64,000 nt of DNA from Solirubrobacterales bacterium (GTDB lineage: Bacteria; Actinomycetota; Thermoleophilia; Solirubrobacterales; JBBDJG01): positions 1,430-65,429 of the forward strand of contig JBBQNR010000005.1 of the NCBI GenBank assembly GCA_038330145.1, given 5' to 3'. Both the position numbers and the translations under genes were made by a program. Each line of letters begins with the position of its first letter. The first letter of the stretch is position 1. Below the pieces are notes generated by a model. The model ran no database searches and was not told where the DNA came from. It was given only the letters and a program-made list of their open reading frames with translations. Positions 25,498 through 38,638 of this stretch are shown here, in pieces.

Positions 25498-27744
25498 TCA
25501 CGGCACTAGACCGCTGAGACCCGAGGAAAAGACGCTTCTTGCGTCCTGCACCGACACGTCGATCGTAGCAGCGCCCGCGGTTAGGCGAAGGCGCTCTCCC
25601 CCCACCGTGCCGAGTGCCAGGAAGCCGCTCCCTGCAGCCTTTTTGCTCAGCTCCATGAGGCTTTCGCGCGGCCCCGAGACGACGACTCCGCCGGGCCCTT
25701 CCCCGAACAGCGCGGCACGGGGATCGACCTCGGCGCGGTGAATCAGGGGCTCGAGGTCGAGCGTCGCGCCGACCCCGCCCTGGATGACGCACTCAGCGAC
25801 GGTGACGGCGAGGCCTCCGTCCGAGACGTCGTGCGCGCTTCGGACCGCTCCCGCCCGCACCGCCTCGCGCACCAGCTCCAGGGCCTGGCGCACGACGGCG
25901 AGGTCGAACGGCGGCAGCCCGCCGGCCAGCGTGCCGCCGAGCTTGGCCAGCTCCGATCCCATCAGGGATGGAGCGAAGGGGCCGACCAGCGCGACCATGT
26001 CGGCATCACCCCCGTCGACCGAGGCCTGGAAGGCGCTGGACCCGGCGGCAGCCGATTCCGGCAGCTCCCCGACCATGCCGACGACCGGAGTCGGGTAGAT
26101 CGGGCCCTCGGGTCCCTCGTTGTAGAGCGAGACGTTGCCGCCGACCACGGGCACGCCAAAGGCCCGGCAGGCGGCGCTCATGCCATGCACAGCACGTGTG
26201 AGCTGCCAGGCGATGTGCGGCTTCTCGGGATTGCCGAAGTTGAGGCAGTTGGTGAGGCCGAGCGGCTCCGCTCCCACGCAGGCGAGGTTGGCGGCGCACT
26301 CGCAGACGGCCTCGGCGGCGCCGATATAGGGATCGCAGGCGACCCGTCGCCCGTTGCCGTCAATCGACATCGCCAGCCCTCTGCCGGTGTCGTTTCCGTC
26401 CCAGGCCAGCTTCAGCACCGCCGCGTCGGCATGCTCGGGCCGGCGCACCGTACGGCTCCCGACCAGGAAGTCGTACTGCTCGAATGCCCAGCGCTTACTG
26501 GCGATGCTGGGCGAGCCGAGCAACGCCAGCAGCGTCTGCTCGGGATCGGCTCCGGCCGGCAGCGCGGGGCGCGACGTCGCGAAGGCAGCCAGCGGATCCG
26601 CGGGCTCGACCGGCTCGAGGTCGTAGAGCGGACACTCGTCCACCAGCGCGGTGACCGGCATGTCGCCCTCCAGCGTGTCGCCGTTGAAGACGCGCAGCCG
26701 CATCGTGTCGGTGACGGTGCCGATCGACGCCGCATTGGTCTCCCACTTGCGGCAGACGGCAACCACCTCGTCGAGCCGTGCCGGCTCGACGACGGCGAGC
26801 ATGCGCTCCTGAGACTCCGAGATCATGATCTCGAACGGCTCCAGCCGCTCGCGCAGCGGCACCTTCGAGACGTCGAGGTCGAGCCCCACCCCGCCCTTCG
26901 ATGCCATCTCGCTGCTGCTGGAAGAAAGGCCCGCGGCGCCGAGATCCTGCAGCGCCACCAGCAGATCGGCGCCGATCAGCTCCAGGCAGCACTCGATCAG
27001 CTTGCTCTCCTCGAGCGGGTCGCCGATCTGGACGCTCGGGCGCTTGTCCTCGTCGCTCTCGTCGAGCTCGGCCGACGCCAGCACGCTGGCGCCACCGATG
27101 CCGTCACGCCCGGTGCGGGCCCCGATCAGCACCACGACGTTGCCGGGCCCGGATGCTGCCGAGCGCACCATGCCGCCCACCGGCACCAGTCCCACGCACA
27201 TCGCGTTGACGAGGCAGTTCTGCTCGTAGGGAGCCTCGAAGTAGATCTCGCCGCCGACGGTCGCGACCCCGACCGAGTTTCCGTACGAGGCGATGCCGGC
27301 GACGACGCGCTCGAGCAGGTAGCGGCTGCGGGCGCTGTCGAGGTTGCCGAAGCGAAGCGAGTCCAGTACCGCGATCGGGCGCGCGCCGAGCGCGAACACG
27401 TCGCGAAGGATGCCGCCGACTCCGGTGGCGGCGCCCTGGAACGGCTCGACCGCCGAGGGGTGGTTGTGGCTCTCGACCTTGAACGCGACGGCGAGACCGT
27501 CGCCGACGTCCACCGCTCCCGCGTTCTCACCCGGGCCCATCAGCACGCGCTCGCCCTCGGTCGGCAACGTGGAGAGCAGCTTGCGTGAGTGCTTGTAGGC
27601 GCAGTGCTCCGACCACAGCAGCGAGAAGACCGCCAGCTCGAGTGCATTCGGCTCCCGGCCGAGCAGCTCGCAGATGCGCTCGTACTCGGACGCCGTCAGC
27701 CCCAGCGCCTCGGCGCGGGCGACGTCGGCCTGTTGAACGCTCAC
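25498..27744 (-). CDS. purL: Phosphoribosylformylglycinamidine synthase subunit II
   Basis: ORF track 25498..28089. The GTG at 27744 overlaps the purQ stop (GTGA). 'ELAVFSLLWSEHCAYKHS', 'FKVESHNHPSAVEPFQGAATGVGG'. Confidence 0.92.
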   Translation of the reverse strand: MSVQQADVARAEALGLTASEYERICELLGREPNALELAVFSLLWSEHCAYKHSRKLLSTLPTEGERVLMGPGENAGAVDVGDGLAVAFKVESHNHPSAVEPFQGAATGVGGILRDVFALGARPIAVLDSLRFGNLDSARSRYLLERVVAGIASYGNSVGVATVGGEIYFEAPYEQNCLVNAMCVGLVPVGGMVRSAASGPGNVVVLIGARTGRDGIGGASVLASAELDESDEDKRPSVQIGDPLEESKLIECCLELIGADLLVALQDLGAAGLSSSSSEMASKGGVGLDLDVSKVPLRERLEPFEIMISESQERMLAVVEPARLDEVVAVCRKWETNAASIGTVTDTMRLRVFNGDTLEGDMPVTALVDECPLYDLEPVEPADPLAAFATSRPALPAGADPEQTLLALLGSPSIASKRWAFEQYDFLVGSRTVRRPEHADAAVLKLAWDGNDTGRGLAMSIDGNGRRVACDPYIGAAEAVCECAANLACVGAEPLGLTNCLNFGNPEKPHIAWQLTRAVHGMSAACRAFGVPVVGGNVSLYNEGPEGPIYPTPVVGMVGELPESAAAGSSAFQASVDGGDADMVALVGPFAPSLMGSELAKLGGTLAGGLPPFDLAVVRQALELVREAVRAGAVRSAHDVSDGGLAVTVAECVIQGGVGATLDLEPLIHRAEVDPRAALFGEGPGGVVVSGPRESLMELSKKAAGSGFLALGTVGGERLRLTAGAATIDVSVQDARSVFSSGLSGLVP

Positions 27745-28448
27745 GCCGGCACCGTGGCTCCGCGCACGGCCAGCGAGCTGAACAGCTTCAGGCCGTCGGT
27801 GGAGCCGGTGAGCGGATCGGTCGCGTGCTCCGGATGCGGCATCAGGCCCATCACGTTTCGCTGCTCGTTGACGACGCCGGCGATGTCGTGGAGCGAGCCG
27901 TTCGGGTTCTCGCCCGGCACGTAGCGCAGCACAACCTGGGCCTCGTGCTCGAGCCGCTGCAGCAGGTCGTCCGGAGCGAAGTAGCGGCCGGTCGTGTGCT
28001 TGACCGGCACCGACAGCACCTCGCCCTGCTCGCAGGCGCCGGTGAAGGCGCTGTCCGTTCTCTCGACCTGCACGTGCAGCTGACGGCAAACGAAGCGAAG
28101 CGACTCGTTCAGCAGCAGCGCTCCGGGCAGCAGCCCCGCCTCGCAGAGGACCTGGAAGCCGTTGCAGATGCCGAGCACCGGGCCCCCCTCGAGCGCAAAG
28201 CCCGAGACCGCCTCCATCACCGGCGAGAACCGCGCCAGGGCGCCTGCCCGCAGGTAGTCACCGTATGAGAAGCCGCCGGGAATCACGACCGCGTCGCAAC
28301 CGCGGAGGTTGCGCTCGCCGTGCCAGAGGTACTCGGCCTCCAGCCCCGCCCGCTCTATCGCCTGGTAGGCGTCAGCCTCGTCGCAGGAGCCCGGGAATAC
28401 GACGACGCCGACCCTAACCACGAATATCGAGCCGCCTCCGGCGGACAC
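27741..28448 (-). CDS. purQ: Phosphoribosylformylglycinamidine synthase subunit I (glutaminase)
   Basis: ORF track, 235 aa. 'VGVVVFPGSCDE', 'GGFSYGDYLR', 'LGICNGFQVL', 'MGLMPHPE'. An alternative GTG start lies at 28421. Confidence 0.9.
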   Translation of the reverse strand: MSAGGGSIFVVRVGVVVFPGSCDEADAYQAIERAGLEAEYLWHGERNLRGCDAVVIPGGFSYGDYLRAGALARFSPVMEAVSGFALEGGPVLGICNGFQVLCEAGLLPGALLLNESLRFVCRQLHVQVERTDSAFTGACEQGEVLSVPVKHTTGRYFAPDDLLQRLEHEAQVVLRYVPGENPNGSLHDIAGVVNEQRNVMGLMPHPEHATDPLTGSTDGLKLFSSLAVRGATVPA

Positions 28449-28480
28449 CTACAGTCCCGTGAGGCTCCCTCCGGTCGCCT

Positions 28481-28723
28481 CTAGTCATCTATTGACTGCA
28501 CCTCGTAGCTCTCGATCAGCGGATTCGCGAGCAGGCGCTCGCACATCTCCTCGACTCGCGCCTCGACGTCCCCGTCGCCGTCCGGCACGTCCAGCTCGAC
28601 CAGCCTGCCGACGTGCACGTTCGACACGCCCTCGTAGCCGAGCGCAGGCAGCGCGCGCTCCACGGCCTGACCCTGAGGGTCGAGGATCCCCTCCTTGGGC
28701 CGGATCAGCACGCGCACCCTCAT
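28481..28723 (-). CDS. purS: Phosphoribosylformylglycinamidine synthase subunit PurS
   Basis: This is the last 80 aa of ORF 28481..29317, from an in-frame ATG: 'MRVRVLIRPKEGILDPQGQAVERALPALGYEGV'. The rest of that ORF is out-of-frame read-through of purC. Confidence 0.85.
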   Translation of the reverse strand: MRVRVLIRPKEGILDPQGQAVERALPALGYEGVSNVHVGRLVELDVPDGDGDVEARVEEMCERLLANPLIESYEVQSIDD

Positions 28724-28731
28724 GCCCGGCG

Positions 28732-29610
28732 TCACCGTGATTCGAGCCAGCGCTGGAAGGGCTCCTGCGTGATGCGCTCGTAGGCGTCGACGTACTTGGT
28801 GCGCGTGTTCGCGATCACCTCGGCGGGAAGCTCCGGACCCGGTGGCGTGTGGTCCCAGCCGCTGCTGTCGAGCCAGTTGCGCACGTACTGCTTGTCGAAC
28901 GACGGCTGGGAGCTGCCCGGTCGGTACTCGTCGGCCGGCCAGAAGCGTGAGGAGTCGGGCGTCAGCACCTCGTCGGCGAGCACGATGTCGCCGTTGGCGG
29001 CGCGCCCGAACTCGAACTTGGTGTCGGCGAGGATGATGCCGTTGCGCTCGGCATGCTCGGCCGCGAAGCCGTACAGCTCGAGCGATAGCCGCCGCAGCTC
29101 CTCCATGAGACCGCGGTCGCCGACCGCCTTGGCGGCCTGCTCGAAGTCGATGTTCTCGTCGTGCTCCCCCAGCTCGGCCTTGGTGGCCGGGGTAAAGACG
29201 GGCTCCGGCAGGCGGTCGGACTCCACCAGCCCAGGCGGCAGCGCTATGCCGCAGACCGAGTTCTGCGCCTGGTACTCCCTCCAGCCCGAGCCGGAAAGAT
29301 ACCCCCGTACCACGCACTCGACGGGGAAGATGTCGACCTTCTCGACCACCAGCGCCCGCCCTCTGACCTCGTCCGGAACGTCGGTCGAGACCAGGTGGTT
29401 GCGGACGATGTCGCCGCTGCGGCCGAACCAGAACACCGACAGGCCGGTCAGCACCTTGCCCTTGTCCGGAACCTGCGTGGGCAGCACGACGTCGTAGGCG
29501 GATATGCGGTCGGAGGCGACCATCAGCAGACGGTCGCCAAGGTCGTACATCTCCCGTACCTTGCCGCTGCTGTGGAGCGGCAGGCCGGCGAGCTCGGCTA
29601 CCTCGGACAC
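28732..29610 (-). CDS. purC: SAICAR synthetase
   Basis: ORF track, 292 aa. 'SGKVREMYD', 'ASDRISAYDV', 'ILADTKFEFG'. Confidence 0.92.
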   Translation of the reverse strand: MSEVAELAGLPLHSSGKVREMYDLGDRLLMVASDRISAYDVVLPTQVPDKGKVLTGLSVFWFGRSGDIVRNHLVSTDVPDEVRGRALVVEKVDIFPVECVVRGYLSGSGWREYQAQNSVCGIALPPGLVESDRLPEPVFTPATKAELGEHDENIDFEQAAKAVGDRGLMEELRRLSLELYGFAAEHAERNGIILADTKFEFGRAANGDIVLADEVLTPDSSRFWPADEYRPGSSQPSFDKQYVRNWLDSSGWDHTPPGPELPAEVIANTRTKYVDAYERITQEPFQRWLESR

Positions 29611-29692
29611 CTATCCGATGCTAACAGCGGTTCGAGCAGAAACCGGGCTGCCGAGCCGTGCGAGCCTGCCACCACCGAGTCGATTTCTCTCG

Positions 29693-30991
29693 CTAGCTCC
29701 GAAGATCGTCGAGCCGCGCCAGCAGCTCGGGCACGTGGCGCAGAAAGCGGCCGTAGTCGAACAGCTCATCGAGCGCCTTGGAGTCGAGTCGCTCCTGGAC
29801 GGCGGACTCCTGCTCCAGCAGCTCGCGGAAGGGCCGCCGCTCGTCCCACGCGCGCTGCGCGTTGCTCTGCACTATCCGGTAGGCCTCGTCGCGTGACTGG
29901 CCCGACTCGACCAGCGCGCTCAGGACCGCCTGGCTGAAGAGCGCCCCGTGCGTCAGCTCCAGGTTCTCCCGCATGCGCTCCGGATACACCCGCATGCCGT
30001 CCACGACCCTCAGCGCGAGCTGCTGCATGTAGTCGAGCAGCGTGGTCGAGTCCGGCAGCACCACCCGCTCCGTCGAGGAGTGCGAGATGTCGCGCTCGTG
30101 CCAGAGCGCCACGCTCTCGAGCGCGGCCTGTGTGTTGCCGCGCAGAACCCGCGCGAGGCCGCAGATCCGCTCGGAGACGATCGGGTTGCGCTTGTGCGGC
30201 ATCGCGCTCGATCCCTTCTGGCCTTCCCGGAAGGGCTCCTCCACCTCCCTCACCTCGGTGCGCTGGAGGTGGCGGATCTCCAGGGCGAGCCGCTCCAGCG
30301 AGGAGCCGGCCAGCCCGATCGCCGTCATCAGCTCTGCGTGACGGTCGCGCGGCACCACCTGGGTCGAGAGCGGCTCCGGCGCCAGGCCCAGCTTCGCAAG
30401 CGCCGCGCGCTCGACCTCAGGCCCCAGCGACGAGTATGTGCCGACGGCACCTGAGAGCTTTCCGACAGCGGCCTGCCGGAACGCGCGCTCCAGCCGCTCG
30501 GCGTTGCGGTGGCTCTCGAAGGCGAACCCCGCCAGCTTGAGGCCGAACGTGGTCGGCTCGGCGTGCACGCCGTGGGTGCGCCCGGCGCAGATCGTGTCGC
30601 CGAACTCGCGCGCGCGAGCCGCCAGCGAGTCCGTCAGATCGCGGGCGCCCGAAAGTATCTGCTCCCCGGCCTCGCGAAGTTGAAGCGCCAGGCCGGTGTC
30701 GAGTACGTCGGAGGACGTCAGCCCGTAGTGGATCCAGCGTCCGCCGACTCCGGCCGACTCGGCCACCACGTCGACGAAGGCGGCGACGTCGTGGTCGGTG
30801 ACGCGCTCGCGCTCCTTCACCCGCTCGACGTCGAAGCTGGCCTTCCTGATCCGCTCCAGGTCCTCGGCCGGCACCACTCCACGCTCGGCGAGCGTTTCGC
30901 AGACGGCCAGCTCGACCTGCCACCAGGCCTCGAGCTTTCGCTGCTCGGCCCAGATCGTCGCCATCTCTGGGCGCGTGTAGCGGGCGATCAT
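29693..30991 (-). CDS. purB: Adenylosuccinate lyase
   Basis: ORF track, 432 aa. '[10 protein letters not shown]', '[14 protein letters not shown]', '[11 protein letters not shown]' (fumarate-lyase signature). Confidence 0.92.
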   Translation of the reverse strand: MIARYTRPEMATIWAEQRKLEAWWQVELAVCETLAERGVVPAEDLERIRKASFDVERVKERERVTDHDVAAFVDVVAESAGVGGRWIHYGLTSSDVLDTGLALQLREAGEQILSGARDLTDSLAARAREFGDTICAGRTHGVHAEPTTFGLKLAGFAFESHRNAERLERAFRQAAVGKLSGAVGTYSSLGPEVERAALAKLGLAPEPLSTQVVPRDRHAELMTAIGLAGSSLERLALEIRHLQRTEVREVEEPFREGQKGSSAMPHKRNPIVSERICGLARVLRGNTQAALESVALWHERDISHSSTERVVLPDSTTLLDYMQQLALRVVDGMRVYPERMRENLELTHGALFSQAVLSALVESGQSRDEAYRIVQSNAQRAWDERRPFRELLEQESAVQERLDSKALDELFDYGRFLRHVPELLARLDDLRS

Positions 30992-31009
30992 GCGGCGGGC
31001 GCGATCAGC

Positions 31010-31519
31010 TCAGCATCCGAGGATGCGTGCTGCAAGCACGCCGGCGTTGCGGGCGCCGTTGATGGCGACGCACGCCACGGGGACTCCGGGGGGAAGCTGG
31101 ACGGTCGACAGCAGCGCGTCGAGGCCGTCACCGACCGTGTTCTTGGCCTTGATCGGAACGCCGATCACCGGCAGGTCGGTATGGGCAGCGACGACGCCGG
31201 GCAGCGCCGCCGACAACCCGGCGCCGGCGATGATCACCCGCAGCCCGCGCATGTGGGCGTTGCGGGCGTAGTCGGCAACGGCGTCCGGATCGCGATGCGC
31301 CGACAGTACCCTGACCTCGTACCTGATCCCGCGCTCACCGAGCTCCTGGCCGGCCGGCTGCATGACCGGCTTGTCGCTGGCCGATCCCATGATGATGCCG
31401 ACCCGCGGGGCATCGACCTCTATCTCGTCGAACGCCTTCTCGACCTCGGGCATCGGCTCGACGTCCTGCGAGCCCAGCTCTGTGGTCGCCGAACCGCGTT
31501 CGGGCTCGACCGTTTCCAT
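31010..31519 (-). CDS. purE: N5-carboxyaminoimidazole ribonucleotide mutase
   Basis: ORF track, 169 aa. 'VGIIMGSASD', 'SAHRDPD', 'IAGAGLSAALPGVVAAHTDLPVIGVP'. Confidence 0.9.
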   Translation of the reverse strand: METVEPERGSATTELGSQDVEPMPEVEKAFDEIEVDAPRVGIIMGSASDKPVMQPAGQELGERGIRYEVRVLSAHRDPDAVADYARNAHMRGLRVIIAGAGLSAALPGVVAAHTDLPVIGVPIKAKNTVGDGLDALLSTVQLPPGVPVACVAINGARNAGVLAARILGC

Positions 31520-31531
31520 CGTTCCTCCCTC

Positions 31532-32839
31532 CTAGGTGGCGACTCGCTCGACGGCGCGAGCCGCGATGTCGCGCCTGAACTGCGCCCCATCGAAGTTGAT
31601 CTTCTCGACCGAAGCGTAGGCATTCGAGCGGGCGTCCTCGGGCGTCGGCCCGAGCCCGGTCACGTTTAGCACGCGACCGCCGGCCGTCACGATGTCGCCG
31701 CCGCTGCGAGCTGTGCCCGCGTGCGTGACCTCCACGGGGCCGACGTCAGCGCTGGCCGGGTCTACGGATTCCACGCCCTCCAGGCCGGTGATGCGATCGC
31801 CCTTGCTCGCCGACCCCGGGTATCCCGCCGAGGCCATCACGACCGTGACGGCCCAGTCGTCGGACCAGTCGAGTTGCGCGCCGGCCAGGCCTCCCGGCTC
31901 GAGGCTGCGCTCGAGCAGGTCGAGCAGGTCGCTTCTCAGTCGCGGCAGCACGGCCTGTGTCTCGGGGTCGCCGAAACGGCAGTTGTACTCGAGCACCTTG
32001 GGACCGGCGGGAGTCATCATCAGGCCGGCGTACAGGACTCCCCTGTAGGGAGTGCCGCGTTCGCGAAGCCGGCGCACGATCGGCTCGTGAACCGCAGCCG
32101 TCAGCTCGGCGATCTCGTCGCTGTCGACCCCCGGCACGGGCGAGTAGCTGCCCATTCCGCCGGTGTTGGGCCCGCGATCGTCCTCCTGGATGCGCTTGTA
32201 GTCCTGCGCGGGCGCCATCGGCACGACGTTCTCTCCATCGCAGAGGGCCAGCAGCGACAGCTCCTCTCCTTCCAGGAACTCCTCCACCACCACGCGCTCG
32301 CCCGCATCCCCGAAACGGCGCTCGAGGAAGAACGCGCGCAGCGCCTCACGAGCCTCGCGCGGGCTGTGCGCGATCACGACGCCCTTGCCGGCGGCCAGCC
32401 CGTCGGCCTTCAGCACGGCGGGGTAGGACGCGCAGTCCATCTGCGCCTCTGCCTGCTCATATGAGGTGAAGACAACGTGGCCGGCGGTCGGCACTCTCGC
32501 CTCGCGCATCAGGTCCTTCGCGAACGTCTTCGAGCCCTCCAGCCGCGCCGCTTCAGCACTGGGGCCGAACGCGCGCAGTCCCTCACCCTCGAACGCGTCC
32601 ACGATGCCCGCCACCAGTGGGGCCTCGGGGCCGACGATCGTGAGGTCGGGTCGCTGCTCACGCGCAAGCCGCAGCAGCCCGTGCACGTCCTCGGCCGCGA
32701 CGTCGAGGCACTGGGCGTCGGCCGCTATCCCCGCGTTGCCGGGTGCGCACAGGACCTGCGGCCGCCTCGGGCTTCGTCTCAGCGCCCGCACCAAGGCGTG
32801 TTCGCGGCCACCGCCTCCGACCACGAGCACGCGCGTCAC
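31532..32839 (-). CDS. purD: Phosphoribosylamine--glycine ligase
   Basis: ORF track, 435 aa. '[14 protein letters not shown]', ATP-grasp region '[13 protein letters not shown]', '[24 protein letters not shown]'. Confidence 0.92.
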   Translation of the reverse strand: MTRVLVVGGGGREHALVRALRRSPRRPQVLCAPGNAGIAADAQCLDVAAEDVHGLLRLAREQRPDLTIVGPEAPLVAGIVDAFEGEGLRAFGPSAEAARLEGSKTFAKDLMREARVPTAGHVVFTSYEQAEAQMDCASYPAVLKADGLAAGKGVVIAHSPREAREALRAFFLERRFGDAGERVVVEEFLEGEELSLLALCDGENVVPMAPAQDYKRIQEDDRGPNTGGMGSYSPVPGVDSDEIAELTAAVHEPIVRRLRERGTPYRGVLYAGLMMTPAGPKVLEYNCRFGDPETQAVLPRLRSDLLDLLERSLEPGGLAGAQLDWSDDWAVTVVMASAGYPGSASKGDRITGLEGVESVDPASADVGPVEVTHAGTARSGGDIVTAGGRVLNVTGLGPTPEDARSNAYASVEKINFDGAQFRRDIAARAVERVAT

Positions 32840-32870
32840 GCGTCACCGCCTGCGTGGATCCTGGTCTTTC

Positions 32871-33419
32871 TCACTGCGTGCGCTGGTACGCGACGTAGGC
32901 GGCGATGCCGGCGCCCAGCACAACGAACGGTGCACGGGCGAGGCTGTCCGCCACCTCCCCCAGGTTGACGCCGAGGTAGAGCAGGTACGGAAACAGATAG
33001 GCCCAGATGCAACCGCCGACGGCGATCAAACCCGTGGTCGGTGATCGGAAGCGGCCGCTGGCAGCCAGCACCAGCTCGCCCATCCCGATCCCGATCAGGT
33101 AGCCGAGGATGAGCGCGAAGAAGAGGCCGAAGCCCTGCAGGATCACGATGCCGAAGCCCATCGCGGCGCCGCCCAGCACGGCCGCCGCCACCGTCATCGC
33201 GGCGCGGTCGGGCTTCAGCCGCACGATCGCGGAGCGCGGCAGGCGCGCGCACTGCGGGCATTTGATGCCGACGGCTCCGTACACCATGCAGTCGGTGCAG
33301 ATCGGACGTCCGCAGTCCGAGCAGGAGATGCTTGTCTCCCTGCCGGGATGCCGGTAACAGGTGGCCTGCTCGACCTCGCTGTCGGCTGTCCCGGCGGAGG
33401 AAGTGTGCGGTTCTTGAAT
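32871..33419 (-). CDS. Membrane protein with N-terminal double zinc-ribbon (B-box-like); probable ATT start
   Basis: The ORF track gives only 32871..33287, starting at an internal Met. The same frame stays open upstream to the stop at 33477-79 and encodes 'CYRHPGRETSISCSDCGRPICTDCMVYGAVGIKCPQC'. That stretch contains no ATG, GTG or TTG. An ATT at 33419 lies 8 nt after AAAGGAG. Four hydrophobic helices follow. Confidence 0.6.
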   Translation of the reverse strand: MQEPHTSSAGTADSEVEQATCYRHPGRETSISCSDCGRPICTDCMVYGAVGIKCPQCARLPRSAIVRLKPDRAAMTVAAAVLGGAAMGFGIVILQGFGLFFALILGYLIGIGMGELVLAASGRFRSPTTGLIAVGGCIWAYLFPYLLYLGVNLGEVADSLARAPFVVLGAGIAAYVAYQRTQ

Positions 33420-33577
33420 CGGCGCTGCTCCTTTTCGCGACCCCGCCGACGGGCCGGCGGGAAGCTCCGATGGGACTTATGAGTTTACTCGCGGGCGAAT
33501 GTCGCCGACGGAATACCTGGCCGGCTTCGCCGGACACCTAAAGTCCTGTGAGTCGGCTACGCCGCCTCTCGTTGTAC

Positions 33578-33859
33578 CTATAGGGCCGAGATGAACTCGT
33601 CGATCGGGATCGCGGCCAGCGACTGGTAGGTCGCGGTACCGCGCGATCCCAGCTCGAGCGAGACCTTCGCCATCGTCTTCTCGTCGGGAGCCTCGACCAC
33701 GTTGATGAAGTCGAACTGCCCCAGCACGGCCCATTGCGCGACCACCTTGGCGCCGATCTGCTCGATCTCCCTGTTGACCTCCTTGATCCGCTGCGGGTTG
33801 TTCTTGACGGTCTGCACGCCCTCGGGCGTGAGCGTCGAAAGCATGATGTAGGTAGGCAT
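33578..33859 (-). CDS. GYD-domain protein
   Basis: ORF 33578..33922. I prefer the internal ATG at 33859 ('MPTYIMLSTLTPEGVQTVKNNPQRIKE..GQFDFINVVEAPD'), which matches the typical GYD family N-terminus. Confidence 0.7.
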   Translation of the reverse strand: MPTYIMLSTLTPEGVQTVKNNPQRIKEVNREIEQIGAKVVAQWAVLGQFDFINVVEAPDEKTMAKVSLELGSRGTATYQSLAAIPIDEFISAL

Positions 33860-33951
33860 CTCTCTCCTCCTGGTCGGGTCGCTCGCGCGGATAGCGCGCC
33901 GCGGCTTATAGAGAACCGGCACCGCAGCGGCAAGCGCGTAACATCGATGGA

Positions 33952-34272
33952 ATGGCCGAGCTTACGCCGCTTCCGATCGCATGCGCGCTGACCCCGGATG
34001 CCGCCCGCGAGCGGATCGGCTGGCTCGAGCACGTGGGCCGCTCCGCGCTGATCGAGGGCGGGCGTGAGGGCGACCGCCTGCTGCTGCGCTTTCGCGCCGA
34101 GTCACGGCGCGACGTCGAGGCCTTCATAAGCGCGGAGAGTGAGTGCTGCCGGTTCTTGTCGTTCGACCTGGGCGAGGCCGGCGGTGAGTTGACGCTGGAG
34201 ATTTCCGGCCCGGCCGGAGCCGAGCCGGTGCTGGACGGTTTCCTTTCCACTCTCGGCGGGCAGGAGTCCTGA
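33952..34272 (+). CDS. Hypothetical small protein (contains a CC pair, 'SECCRFLSF')
   Basis: ORF track, 106 aa. Composition is non-shadow-like with no opposing gene. I do not recognise the family. Confidence 0.45.
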   Translation: MAELTPLPIACALTPDAARERIGWLEHVGRSALIEGGREGDRLLLRFRAESRRDVEAFISAESECCRFLSFDLGEAGGELTLEISGPAGAEPVLDGFLSTLGGQES

Positions 34273-34274
34273 GC

Positions 34275-34427
34275 ATGTCTCTGTTCGGACGCATCAACCG
34301 CTTCGCGCGCAGCCCGCAGGGTCGCAGGCTCGCCAACCAGGCCGTTGAGCTCGCCAAGAAGCCGGAGAACCGCCGCAAGGCGAGCCAGCTCGCCTCACGG
34401 CTGCGCGGCCGTCCGAGAACCAGATAA
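34275..34427 (+). CDS. Possible 50-aa basic peptide
   Basis: My own reading; it is below the ORF-track size cut-off. 'MSLFGRINRFARSPQGRRLANQAVELAKKPENRRKASQLASRLRGRPRTR', stop TAA 34425-27. The ATG lies 2 nt after the previous stop. The coding call is weak. Confidence 0.3.
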   Translation: MSLFGRINRFARSPQGRRLANQAVELAKKPENRRKASQLASRLRGRPRTR

Positions 34428-37060
<2,633 letters not shown>

Positions 37061-37061
<1 letters not shown>

Positions 37062-37525
37062 TACTTGTTACCTGTTCTGTGAATCGGGATCTGAAAGCTC
37101 TTGACGTCGGCGGTACGCAGCATGGCGCCGGGCGGCTGCCAGCGCACCAGCTCGCGCTTGTACGAGCGGTGAACGGCGTCGATCTCCTCCAGCATGCGAC
37201 GCTGCATCCCCACGACCTCCTTGCGCATGGTCTCGAGCTGAGCGCGCATCTCCGCCATCGACGCTTCGAGCTGCAGCACGCGCTCCACGCCGGCGAGGTT
37301 GAGGCCGAGCTCTGAAGTCAGCTCCTGAATGCGGCGCAGGTGCTCCACGTCGGCCTGTGAGTAGAGCCGTGTCTTCTTGGGAGAGCGGCTGGGCTTGATC
37401 AGGCCCCGCGCCTCGTACAGCCGCAGGGTCTGAGGGTGCATGCCGGCGAGCTCGGCGGCGATGGAGATCATGAAGACCCCGGCGTCCTGCTCGAACAGAT
37501 CTCTGCTCTTTTTCCTCTCCGCCAT
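37061..37525 (-). CDS. hspR: MerR-family heat-shock repressor HspR
   Basis: ORF track, 154 aa. HTH '[45 protein letters not shown]'. Its position after dnaJ is typical of actinobacterial dnaK operons. Confidence 0.85.
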
Positions 37526-37528
37526 TCG

Positions 37529-38623
37529 CTAGCTCCTCTGCGCGCGCTTCAGCAGATCCGCGCGCGGATCGCCGTTCATCACCTGCGCGAGTTGTTCGAA
37601 CGCCTCGCGCTGCTCCTTCGTCAGCGACTTGGGGATCTCGACCCTGATCCGGTAGTGGATGTCGCCGCGACCCTTTCCCGAAGGCTTCGGCGGCCCCTCC
37701 CCCCGCAGCCGCTGAAGGCTGCCGTCGCGAGTGCCGGCCGGAATCTTGATCTGCTTGGTGCCGCTCAACGTCGGCACCTCGACGGTGCCGCCGCGAACGG
37801 CTTCGACGATCGAGACCGGCACCTCGACCTCGAGGTTGTTGCCCTTCTGCGTAAAGACGGGAGACGTTGCGACGCGCGTCACGACGTAGAGGTCTCCGGC
37901 CGGACCTCCGCCCGCACCGGCCTCACCCTTTCCGGCCAGGCGGATGCGGCTGCCTTCGCGAACGCCCGCCGGGATGTTGACCCGGTAACGCTTGACCTGG
38001 TGAACCACGCCGACGCCGGCGCAGGTTGGGCACGGCTGCTCGACGACGGTTCCGCGGCCCCCGCACTGGGAGCAGGGCTGCGAGATCGAGAACATGCCCT
38101 GCCCCTCGGTCTCGATTCCGCGGCCGCCACAACGCGGGCATGTCTTGGGACTGGTGCCCGGCTTTGCCCCGCTGCCGCCGCAGGTCTCGCAGGCGGCGTC
38201 CTTGGGCACCGTGACCGATACCTGGGTGCCGTTCATCGCCTGGTCGAAGGAAAGCCGCACCTCGGTCTCGAGGTCCCTGCCGCGCTGCCGAAAGGGGCCG
38301 CCACCGCGAGCGCCGCCCCGGCCAAAGAGGTCGGAGAGGATGTCGCCAACGGAGCCGAAGCCCGCGCTGCCGCGAAAGGCGTTGGGGTCGAACCCGAAGC
38401 CGCCGCCGCCAAACATGCCCCCGGCGTCGTACTGCTTGCGCTTGTCGGCGTCGGACAGGACCGAGTAGGCCTCCTGTAGCTGCTTGAACTTCTCCTCGGC
38501 CTCTGCGTCGCCAGGGTTGCGGTCGGGGTGTAGCTCACGGGCAAGGCGGCGGTACGCCTTCTTGATCTCTTCCTGGGAGGCACCCTTCTGCACGCCAAGG
38601 CGCTTGTAGAACTCGTCGGCCAT
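37529..38623 (-). CDS. dnaJ: Chaperone DnaJ
   Basis: ORF track, 364 aa. J-domain '[25 protein letters not shown]', G/F region, four CxxCxGxG zinc motifs. Confidence 0.93.
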   Translation of the reverse strand: MADEFYKRLGVQKGASQEEIKKAYRRLARELHPDRNPGDAEAEEKFKQLQEAYSVLSDADKRKQYDAGGMFGGGGFGFDPNAFRGSAGFGSVGDILSDLFGRGGARGGGPFRQRGRDLETEVRLSFDQAMNGTQVSVTVPKDAACETCGGSGAKPGTSPKTCPRCGGRGIETEGQGMFSISQPCSQCGGRGTVVEQPCPTCAGVGVVHQVKRYRVNIPAGVREGSRIRLAGKGEAGAGGGPAGDLYVVTRVATSPVFTQKGNNLEVEVPVSIVEAVRGGTVEVPTLSGTKQIKIPAGTRDGSLQRLRGEGPPKPSGKGRGDIHYRIRVEIPKSLTKEQREAFEQLAQVMNGDPRADLLKRAQRS

Positions 38624-38638
38624 CAGATCACTCCCTAC

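Noticed and set aside
21686-32839. The pur cluster lacks purM and purK although purE, purD, purL and others are present.
   Set aside because: These genes are commonly located elsewhere in actinobacterial genomes. Absence from a 64-kb window says nothing about the genome.
32836-33537. ORF 32836..33537 (-, 233 aa) overlaps the zinc-ribbon membrane protein.
   Set aside because: Its translation is an Arg/Gly/Pro-rich low-complexity string. The alternative frame encodes clear CxxC zinc-ribbon motifs and four TM helices.
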